Positions 56,887 to 64,000 of a DNA stretch of 64,000 nt are shown here, in pieces. A model generated the notes under the pieces. The model was not told where the DNA came from and did not search any database. It was given only the letters and a program-made list of their open reading frames with translations. Each line of letters begins with the position of its first letter. Position 1 is the first letter of the stretch. The DNA lies in IMG/VR virus record IMGVR_UViG_3300009129_001428, positions 1 through 64,000 of that record. The stretch is one strand, 5' to 3'. Source of the stretch: a virus (Duplodnaviria; Caudoviricetes). The translations under genes were made by a program, and so were the position numbers.

Positions 56887-57864
56887 CTACGCAGACATGT
56901 CTCTAAAGCCTTTTCGCCCTTCAGAATCCCAAAAGAAATAAGGGATACCAAAATATTGGGCTGCACTTTCTGTGAAAGATGTCCCGCTGCAATATATAAA
57001 ATTAGATTTTCCAATAATTAACCAGTCTTTAATTGGTAAAAGAGGATAGGTACTAGACATTTTTTTTACTGCCTCCGACGAGGAATGAAGGAACCCTCTA
57101 TTTTCGCAGCATTCGCACTTAGGGTTATTCATCGTCTTAATATCTAAATGTGGGCAAAGTTTTTGAATGGAATGACAAATATACTGCGTTATTCCTGGAT
57201 CATCGCTTGTTACGAAAACGTTTTTGTTTTTGGAATATTTATCATACGTTTCGGGAAAATTAAAAATAAATTCATCTAAATAATGAATTCCTTCCCAGCC
57301 TGCATCAGAAAATGCGCGAAATTGAACTACTGAATATTCTGATTTTAAATCAACTGGACAAAATAAAGGTAAGCTCTTCCAGTTTTCAGACAGAGAGGGG
57401 AAAAGTTCATGAAATAATTTTTGGGAAAGTTTTTGTGATTGAAGTTCTGCAAAGCAATCAAAGTCTTGCTGTAATTCTTTTTTATAAATCGGATTTTGAA
57501 ATATCTCATAAAGCATAGGCTTGCCTCCACCACATTCAATTGCTTCGTCAGTAATTGAATTAAAATCTGTTTGTTGAAAATCAATATCAATACTTAACAT
57601 ATTCGGTTCTCTACACGATTCTTTAAAAAAAGATCTTTCCTCATCAGGGGTGTTTATATCGTTTAATGCGCTCGTAGGCTGGGGTAGATTAGGGAAATTT
57701 TTAACATTAAATGGGGAGTTAAATGCGAAATTTATAAGCGTGTTGTTTAATATGAATTGCCTATTCAATATTTTACTTAATCGATACCAGCCTATCAATG
57801 CACGAAGCTGATTTCCAAAACCATACCGAACCTTGTCGCCAAAGACTAAATATTTTTGTTTCAT
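56887..57864 (-). CDS. Fucosyltransferase-like GT-B protein (GT23/O-FucT-like)
   Basis: YGFGNQL, VQFR, VFVTSDD, DWLII......SGTSF. Confidence 0.65.
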   Translation of the reverse strand: MKQKYLVFGDKVRYGFGNQLRALIGWYRLSKILNRQFILNNTLINFAFNSPFNVKNFPNLPQPTSALNDINTPDEERSFFKESCREPNMLSIDIDFQQTDFNSITDEAIECGGGKPMLYEIFQNPIYKKELQQDFDCFAELQSQKLSQKLFHELFPSLSENWKSLPLFCPVDLKSEYSVVQFRAFSDAGWEGIHYLDEFIFNFPETYDKYSKNKNVFVTSDDPGITQYICHSIQKLCPHLDIKTMNNPKCECCENRGFLHSSSEAVKKMSSTYPLLPIKDWLIIGKSNFIYCSGTSFTESAAQYFGIPYFFWDSEGRKGFRDMSA

Positions 57865-57939
57865 ATATTATTCAAAATAATTTTTAACATCATTAATATG
57901 AGGACACCATTGAGAGGCTTCGTTACAATACCATTGCTT

Positions 57940-58974
57940 TTATTTTTCAAAATATTGCTCGAGCCTATTCTCGTGAATTGTAAAATCGTGCTGCTCCCAA
58001 TGTTTTAAGTAATTATTTTCGCAAAGAACTTGTTCTGCTGATAAGTTCTGGCAACCTATTTTATTTAGAGACTCTTCTATTATCTCTTTAAATTTATTCC
58101 TGTACTTAATTGCTTGCTCGATATGCATTAATCTAATTTTTTCTCTATCCCATTTCCTTGAGCACGCTTCCTCCACAGCGTCTTTAACCGCATCTTCAGA
58201 GTCTTCGCAAATAATGGAGTTCTCCGAATTATACCAAACATCTCTTCCTCCCGAAGATTTAGTTGAGACTACAGGTGTGCCGCTCATTAGGTATTCCGAA
58301 GAAGCTCTGCAGGCCCCTTCTTCGGGAGATAAAATTAACCCACAGTTAGAACTTCCACATAGGATGGAAATTTCTTCTTTGTTTAAAAATTCATGCGGGT
58401 TATTTAAGCACTTGGGCAACTCCACTACATTTTCTGTCCAGGTTTTATCTCCAGCGGCCAGCGCTAGTCTTTTAATTTTTGCAGCCAAATAGTGCCGCTT
58501 GAATTCAACCGCTCGAGCTAGATAAAATGCGTCATATTTTTTAGGCAATTCCTGTATGGAAAAATCATTCTCCTCTAGCCAACAATTGTTGTTTATAACT
58601 TCTCCACGGAAACCAAAGCGAGCTCCGTTAGCTAATTCTTCTGGGCTATTATAAAGCACAAAGAACTGGCTTCTGTTTAACTCTAGAGCATCAAACATCG
58701 CATCCGCTTGTCGGGCTATGTATTTTGAAAAATTCCAGCCGCACGAAACAAAAAAGAGATCTGATTCCCTGAAGCTTTTGGCATAATCCTTCAGCCACCT
58801 GTAGTTATGCGTTAGGTTTGAGATGAAAAATATCCTTGCTTCTTTTGATTTTGACAGGCATAGAAATGGGAAGTCTGGATTTGGCCATGTGTAAATTGGG
58901 TGCGGGCCAAGCCAAACCCAGTGGTCTTCTTCGCGACACTTTTGGTCGCTATTTTTTTCAATATAGCGGGTCAT
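57940..58974 (-). CDS. Glycosyltransferase GT4-like (GT-B)
   Basis: YLARAVEFKRH, EEGACRASSEYLMSGTPVVST. Confidence 0.75.
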   Translation of the reverse strand: MTRYIEKNSDQKCREEDHWVWLGPHPIYTWPNPDFPFLCLSKSKEARIFFISNLTHNYRWLKDYAKSFRESDLFFVSCGWNFSKYIARQADAMFDALELNRSQFFVLYNSPEELANGARFGFRGEVINNNCWLEENDFSIQELPKKYDAFYLARAVEFKRHYLAAKIKRLALAAGDKTWTENVVELPKCLNNPHEFLNKEEISILCGSSNCGLILSPEEGACRASSEYLMSGTPVVSTKSSGGRDVWYNSENSIICEDSEDAVKDAVEEACSRKWDREKIRLMHIEQAIKYRNKFKEIIEESLNKIGCQNLSAEQVLCENNYLKHWEQHDFTIHENRLEQYFEK

Positions 58975-59935
58975 AATACTCCCTTATGTTTTGCACAAAA
59001 TTTTCTCCTGAACATTTCTTGTATGCTTCTAATCCTTTTTGTCTTAGTTCGTGTTCTTGGCTTTCGCTAATCGAAGATAAAGTCTTTCGTAGCTTATTGT
59101 AATCTTTCTCGGGAACTTTTATAATGCAGTCGTCCCAGTTAGTGCCATTGATTTCGGGGAACATCATGTTGTCCGCAAGTATTACAGGGATCGCGCCGCT
59201 AGCTAAGCTCTCTAGGAAACGAATTGAATTCGGACCAGAACCGCTTGGGCATAAAGAAAAACGTGAACGAGTTAAGGCCTCTCTATAAAACTTAGACTTC
59301 TCTTTGTTTAAGTATTCTTGAACTCGAGAGGCTTTTTGTTTTTTAACCTGTTTCTGATATACATCCAAGTCAAATTGCCACCCTTTTCTTTCTATTACTA
59401 TTGCGTTACGCGGATGCTTGTCTTGAAATATTTTTCTCCTAATGTCTGAGACATAAATTTTTTCATTGTAGGAACCCACAAAAGAATACCATAAGTCTTT
59501 TTCTTTCTTGGGCTCTCCAATATTTACTGGCCATAGAAATATTGGTTCTATTTTTATTCCTTCAATCTCTTGACTATCTGAATCGTGAAAATAATCTTTG
59601 GTCGTTAGGCCGCGCCCTTTAACCATGTGGGGTGCGAATATAGTTTTTATACCAATCTTTTTTGCAATGGGAATAATTTGATAAAACTTGTCGTGCTGGC
59701 ATACTGTAAATGCATTTTTAAAAGCATAATCATTAGCGAACGCTTCAACCTTATTTCTGATATAGCCATAGTCTTGCGCGGTTCCAAAGCAAGCTTTATC
59801 AATAAAAGTTGACCAAGCAAAAGAAAAAAAAGTAATGTCTTTGTCTAAGGGATTTAGCTCTAGAAGTTCATGAGCCTTCTGTTCTGTTAGTACAGGTCTC
59901 TGCCAGTCGATAAAGTCCTCATGAATCAGCTTCAC
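58958..59935 (-). CDS. Exostosin (GT47) family glycosyltransferase
   Basis: YSFVGS, RRKIF, SRFSLCPSGSGPNSIRFLESLASGAIPVILAD. Confidence 0.9.
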   Translation of the reverse strand: MKLIHEDFIDWQRPVLTEQKAHELLELNPLDKDITFFSFAWSTFIDKACFGTAQDYGYIRNKVEAFANDYAFKNAFTVCQHDKFYQIIPIAKKIGIKTIFAPHMVKGRGLTTKDYFHDSDSQEIEGIKIEPIFLWPVNIGEPKKEKDLWYSFVGSYNEKIYVSDIRRKIFQDKHPRNAIVIERKGWQFDLDVYQKQVKKQKASRVQEYLNKEKSKFYREALTRSRFSLCPSGSGPNSIRFLESLASGAIPVILADNMMFPEINGTNWDDCIIKVPEKDYNKLRKTLSSISESQEHELRQKGLEAYKKCSGENFVQNIREYYDPLY

Positions 59936-60432
59936 TAAACAAGATATAAATTTGATACATAAAAATGAGGTTTATTTACTCCAATCAGTTTAATTAATCT
60001 AGCTTTCGTCTCGTCAAATTCAGTATTATAAAAAGCCTTTAAAGGGATAGCTACCTCGCATTCTTCTCCTGATGTAATTCCACTAAGCTGAGAAATTTCC
60101 ACTTCCTCCGAAGTCCTTTCTTTTTCATCTATAAAAGCCACCCTTAAGCCTACACCATCTTCCTGGTAGAAAGTAAACTTTACCTCGGAATACTGCCTAA
60201 TGTCCTGAGAGGCCCACTGGGCTTTATCTAGGGCTAAGACCCCGCAAAACCAATCGTCTTCCGACTCTGTATACTTGAGTGCGAGTCGAGGTACTCCAGC
60301 TATGTTCTCCACGGGGACCTTTTCTGGCTCACTTGTCTCTAAATTACAAGACCAGCTTGCATCTACTACTTTCTTTAGGAACACCCTAGGAGAAAAGATG
60401 TTTAACATTTTAGTTTTATTTGAAATTAACAT
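59935..60432 (-). CDS. Carbohydrate-binding (CBM11/galactose-binding-like) domain protein
   Basis: Beta-rich; DIRQYSEVKFTF, LRVAFID, EVAIPLKAF, FYVSNLYLV. Confidence 0.6.
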   Translation of the reverse strand: MLISNKTKMLNIFSPRVFLKKVVDASWSCNLETSEPEKVPVENIAGVPRLALKYTESEDDWFCGVLALDKAQWASQDIRQYSEVKFTFYQEDGVGLRVAFIDEKERTSEEVEISQLSGITSGEECEVAIPLKAFYNTEFDETKARLIKLIGVNKPHFYVSNLYLV

Positions 60433-61841
60433 AGCTCTAATAATCCGTCGTCATTTATGTACGATATTTTTGTAATATTTTTATGTTTATGTTTGTTCGT
60501 TGAGAAATAATCAAAAGGCTCAAGTCCTTCCGACCGATACGTTTCTCCTTTATAATCGTTCTTGTTTAGGCTTTTTAAAGAAATAAATTTAATTTTTTCA
60601 AAGCCATTTAGAAGATGCATGCCAATGTTTTTTAACGTCAACTCTTGGTCTAGTCTTTGGGTTTTATTTCCTTTATGCATTATTGGATAATAATTACAAT
60701 CAAATAAATCCTCTCTGATCTGCTTGTTGCTTTTTACTAAATCTATAATTGCAATATCACAATCCATGTGCCTATCTATAAAATGAGCAAGCTTTTTTAT
60801 ATTAAATTTAGATCCTGTGTCATTGTAAATAATTACTCCAGTTTTCTTTTCTACAGATAGTAGGTTTATATCGGTTAGGCCGTTAGCTTTAGCCTCCGAA
60901 AATAAACTTTGGTTATACTGGCCTCCTATTGTTAAGCTATTTATATCCCACTCCTTCGGGTGATCAATATGATAAACATCCTTTATGTTTTCGGTAGTCG
61001 TATGCAGTTTCTGGCAAATGCCTGAAAGAGCTGTGTCCCAATGGGGCTCACCTATAATAAAATCAGGAATATATTCTCTAATGCTCAGGTATGTTTTCTT
61101 TTTAAACGCAAATGCATCTCTGCCTGTGGTATAAGGCCATGACTCCCCCTTAAATAAATCCTCTAATGATTTGGCAGAGGGACAATCTCTCCTGATGTAC
61201 TCTACTATGTCTGAGTTGTCTTCTAGTAGGTTGTTATAAAAATCATTAGTTATGGGGCAATCTAGATTAGAATATACAATATAATCACTGTCTGAGGCGA
61301 GCTCTGCTGCGGCGTCCAACATGTCCTTGAGAAATAAAAAGTCTTTAGTATGCTGGATTGTATTGGCCGCATTCCGAATTAGTATTCTAGTCTTCCATCC
61401 AGGCTTTTTAAGGGCTACGCTTGAACATCCCAAAAGCTGCACGCAACTGGATGACTTGGCCGCCTGCTCTATGGACTCAAGCGTTAAAGAGGTCCTGTGG
61501 TATAGTGACTGGTTTTTTTGGGCTGGAATAAATAAATTAACTACATGAATAATTTTAGAAGCCTTTTTAGAAGAAGAATCTATCTTGAGGCTGGGCGGAG
61601 CGACGTCATCACGAGGGATTTCTAGTTTGTGGCTGCGTTTTGCAGTAGCGCTCACCTCATCTTCAGAATAATTCAATTTCTTGCCAGTGGATATGGCAAC
61701 CCCTTGAATTTTCGAGCGAAGAACTTTGTCTCTATTGATGATGGTCTCATCAATAATGTTATTTATATTAAAAAGGAAGCTATGCCACCAGTAAGCCGCC
61801 GCATTTAAAATGCGCGATACGAACCTCCTCGCTGCCCGCAT
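60426..61841 (-). CDS. Putative glycosyltransferase-like protein
   Basis: DYIVYSNLDC, GRDAFAF, IGEPHWD, YHIDH; lies in the glycan cluster. Confidence 0.45.
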   Translation of the reverse strand: MRAARRFVSRILNAAAYWWHSFLFNINNIIDETIINRDKVLRSKIQGVAISTGKKLNYSEDEVSATAKRSHKLEIPRDDVAPPSLKIDSSSKKASKIIHVVNLFIPAQKNQSLYHRTSLTLESIEQAAKSSSCVQLLGCSSVALKKPGWKTRILIRNAANTIQHTKDFLFLKDMLDAAAELASDSDYIVYSNLDCPITNDFYNNLLEDNSDIVEYIRRDCPSAKSLEDLFKGESWPYTTGRDAFAFKKKTYLSIREYIPDFIIGEPHWDTALSGICQKLHTTTENIKDVYHIDHPKEWDINSLTIGGQYNQSLFSEAKANGLTDINLLSVEKKTGVIIYNDTGSKFNIKKLAHFIDRHMDCDIAIIDLVKSNKQIREDLFDCNYYPIMHKGNKTQRLDQELTLKNIGMHLLNGFEKIKFISLKSLNKNDYKGETYRSEGLEPFDYFSTNKHKHKNITKISYINDDGLLELC

Positions 61842-61843
61842 TA

Positions 61844-62542
61844 TTATAGCTCCCCTCTGATTTCATCAATCAGGCCAAGGTTGAGCGCCTCATCCGAAGA
61901 AATCCACCAATCTTTTCTATCCCAATTTCTTTTTATCTTAAGCCTGGTTAGGTTAGATCTTTTTTCAAAAATATCTAGAATGCGAGCTTCTATCCTCTTT
62001 ATCCACGCAGTATGATCCTCAATTTCAAATGTCTTACCCATGATCCCAAAGGCAGCTCTATGGATCATCATCCATGCTTGATGACCCATCCATCGGCGGT
62101 CGCCTGCCTGCAGGAGTATCCCTGCCATAGAAGCCGCCATTCCTAGTGAACCCGTAGTTACTTTATGCCCTCGGGCCCGCAGCTCCTGTATAAAATCAAA
62201 CAAAACAAACCCATCAACAATGGAGCCTCCGCCTGACGAAAAAATAATTTCTATCTCGCAATTTGGGTGCCTCCTTGACCACTGTGTAAGTTTTTGCATG
62301 CAATCATTAACATAGGTTTTGTCTACTACAGTATTAAACCTATAAATCATATTCTCTTTGTCGTCAGCCTTTTCCCTCCTCCATTCCTGGTCCTTTTTCT
62401 CTGCTTCAAGATTTTTTAATTTGGCAGAGCTCTCGGCGCTAAGTGTTTCTGCCTCTAGCTTTCGGATCTCCGCTTCGATTTTACGAGTTTCTGCTTCGAT
62501 TTTACGAAGTTCTTCTTTGCTTTTTTTCTTTTCTTCGCCCAT
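61844..62542 (-). CDS. clpP: ClpP-family (S14) protease with N-terminal coiled coil
   Basis: IFSSGGGSIVDG, GMAASMA (Ser), MIHRA (His), KDWWISSDEALNLGLIDEI (Asp). Confidence 0.9.
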   Translation of the reverse strand: MGEEKKKSKEELRKIEAETRKIEAEIRKLEAETLSAESSAKLKNLEAEKKDQEWRREKADDKENMIYRFNTVVDKTYVNDCMQKLTQWSRRHPNCEIEIIFSSGGGSIVDGFVLFDFIQELRARGHKVTTGSLGMAASMAGILLQAGDRRWMGHQAWMMIHRAAFGIMGKTFEIEDHTAWIKRIEARILDIFEKRSNLTRLKIKRNWDRKDWWISSDEALNLGLIDEIRGEL

Positions 62543-62581
62543 GCAATATATTATACATTAATATTTGTTTTTAAATAGAAA

Positions 62582-62588
62582 AGTGTAA
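62582..62588 (+). promoter_or_regulatory. AGTGTAA motif upstream of the plus-strand gene 62598
   Basis: AGTGTAA, then 9 nt to ATG. Confidence 0.55.
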
Positions 62589-62597
62589 TAATCTATC

Positions 62598-62909
62598 ATG
62601 GTTATTGCAATTAGTGCTAGACTCACAGAGCCTCCAAGCTACGTGACGTGTTTTAGGGACGTAACTTTATATTCAAAGTGCTTTTTGGATAGTGAAATCT
62701 TACTAGAATGTTCTCCTGAGAAGCAGGATATATACTGGAGGTGGCTAAAAAAACATGGAGCCTGGGATTTTGTTGATGACATCGTAGAGAGAAAGTCTGA
62801 GCCAGCCTTTTCCATTCGCCGAAAAGGAGGGTCTTTGAGTGTAGATTATATATCTTACTCTAATCTAAATTCTATTTTGGGAGCTCTACAACGATATTGT
62901 CTCTCTTGA
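62598..62909 (+). CDS. Hypothetical protein, divergent from clpP
   Basis: 103 aa ORF with the motif at the usual distance. Confidence 0.65.
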   Translation: MVIAISARLTEPPSYVTCFRDVTLYSKCFLDSEILLECSPEKQDIYWRWLKKHGAWDFVDDIVERKSEPAFSIRRKGGSLSVDYISYSNLNSILGALQRYCLS

Positions 62910-63816
62910 TTAGCTCGCTTACGTCAAATTTCGGGAGGACGGGCACGTCTTCAGGGTTACTTAAGCCATTCGATAGTTCTAGTTTATTCCTAAACGCATC
63001 AGGGTCATTAATAATCTCCTTTATGTCTACATCAGGAGATTCCTTTGTAAAATGTTTAATTAAAGGGGCTAAATCTAGGCCAACCTCTTGGAATCCTACA
63101 ACATAATTATGAATCCTGTGTTCTAGTTTTAATGGGTAGGGCACTCCCCTTGGCCTGCCAAAACGATGTAGCCATCTATAGAAAGGCAAGCACCAGCAAT
63201 TCCTGCCCTCCTTGCGATACTTTTCATGAATATAGCCTTCCTCTCCCCCAAACCCTATAAATTTTTCATTAAAGCCTAGCCACTCACTAGTTTTACAACT
63301 GAAACTGCCGAGCCCTTGCATTGGTATAACAAAGGGCGGTAAGTTGGCGCTAATCCCCCGTTTATCTATAGCCCATGTACCCCACATATGACCCCTCCAA
63401 ATAGGATCCATATGAGTCATTGGGTCGTGGCCACGAATGCAATCCATAAGCATTGGGCCTTGGTACAAATCCTTTGTGTCGCTATTCGCTTCGTAAAAAG
63501 CTAAAAGATATTTAATAGTCGATGGCTCAAACATTACATGTGGATCCATACATAAAGTATATGGCGCCTGAGCATTTTCAAAGACCTTATTTCTTAAGGA
63601 CGTAGACTTGCGACTCGTCTCAGGAATATATCTTATGAAAGCCTTATCGCAAAAGTCTTTGGTGGCTCGGCCTTCAGCACTATCAGGGTTGTTATCAATA
63701 ATAATTAAATCTAACTCATCAAGTATATCTAGATTATTAAGCCTTAAGGATTGATAGGAAAAAAACACCCCATCAAAATCATCATAGGTCGTAGACCCAA
63801 TAGTCAATTTTTTCAT
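62872..63816 (-). CDS. Glycosyltransferase family 2
   Basis: IIIDNNPDS, LCMDPHV, GFGGEEGYI, WLHRF. Confidence 0.85.
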   Translation of the reverse strand: MKKLTIGSTTYDDFDGVFFSYQSLRLNNLDILDELDLIIIDNNPDSAEGRATKDFCDKAFIRYIPETSRKSTSLRNKVFENAQAPYTLCMDPHVMFEPSTIKYLLAFYEANSDTKDLYQGPMLMDCIRGHDPMTHMDPIWRGHMWGTWAIDKRGISANLPPFVIPMQGLGSFSCKTSEWLGFNEKFIGFGGEEGYIHEKYRKEGRNCWCLPFYRWLHRFGRPRGVPYPLKLEHRIHNYVVGFQEVGLDLAPLIKHFTKESPDVDIKEIINDPDAFRNKLELSNGLSNPEDVPVLPKFDVSELIKRDNIVVELPK

Positions 63817-63822
63817 TAAACG

Positions 63823-63851
63823 ATTATCTCATTATTAGAGACAAAAGTCAA
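63823..63851 (-). promoter_or_regulatory. Sigma70-type extended -10 promoter, leaderless
   Basis: TTGACT-17-(TGA)GATAAT, then 6 nt to ATG. Confidence 0.65.
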
Positions 63852-63998
63852 TTAAAATATATATCTAATTATCGGGTTAGTATATTTTTCTAGCTCTGTA
63901 TATTGTCCATTCTGTGGTTCGACCACATACCAGCCAGCACTTGTGTAGATTATATTGAGGGCGTGTAGGCCATTGCCTCCTATACCGTGGAAAGGCTT
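63852..63998 (-). CDS. 3' end of a gene running off the window (HALN...GW..VEPQ, transglutaminase-like protease tail?)
   Basis: Open frame KPFHGIGGNGLHALNIIYTSAGWYVVEPQNG...YIF-stop. Confidence 0.4.
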   Translation of the reverse strand, partial: KPFHGIGGNGLHALNIIYTSAGWYVVEPQNGQYTELEKYTNPIIRYIF

Positions 63999-64000
63999 CT

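Noticed and set aside
1-64000. Giant eukaryotic virus origin, suggested by eukaryote-like glycosyltransferases
   Set aside because: DnaE, DnaB, DnaG, RecA, rIIA/rIIB, tmRNA and sigma70 promoters all indicate a bacteriophage.
1-64000. Stop-codon reassignment
   Set aside because: Core genes are full length in the standard code and end in TAA, TAG (dnaE) and TGA (recA); no suppressor tRNA is present.
1-64000. SmpB gene to partner the tmRNA
   Set aside because: No ORF in the window shows SmpB motifs; it may lie elsewhere or come from the host.

Overview
Part of a large dsDNA bacteriophage genome. Genes are densely packed and nearly all on the minus strand, in the standard genetic code, with no capsid, portal or terminase gene in the window. 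Left (0-20 kb): ATP-dependent ligase, rIIA/rIIB, many small hypothetical genes behind strong sigma70-type promoters, an HhH glycosylase, tRNA-Arg(UCU), a minimal kinase, a RuvB-like ATPase and kdsA. Middle (20-44 kb): nucleotide metabolism, a putative outer-membrane beta-barrel, glycosyltransferases, a ClpC-type ATPase, a DnaE polymerase split into PHP and core genes around a DEDDh exonuclease, primase, DnaB, RecA and a one-piece tmRNA. Right (44-64 kb): a secreted trypsin-like protease, three tandem paralogs, a class Ic-type RNR beta subunit, a ~16 kb glycosyltransferase/sulfotransferase island and ClpP. The strongest candidate for a new system is a phage-encoded trans-translation and proteolysis set: a tmRNA with a 38-residue, strongly basic tag, plus ClpC (with an MGF loop) and ClpP. 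tmRNA and clpC carry the same AGTGTAA upstream motif, and clpP carries a degenerate copy. Several markers suggest a Verrucomicrobiota (PVC) host; this is inference. All family assignments come from motif recognition by eye, not database searches, and several start codons were refined relative to the ORF track.
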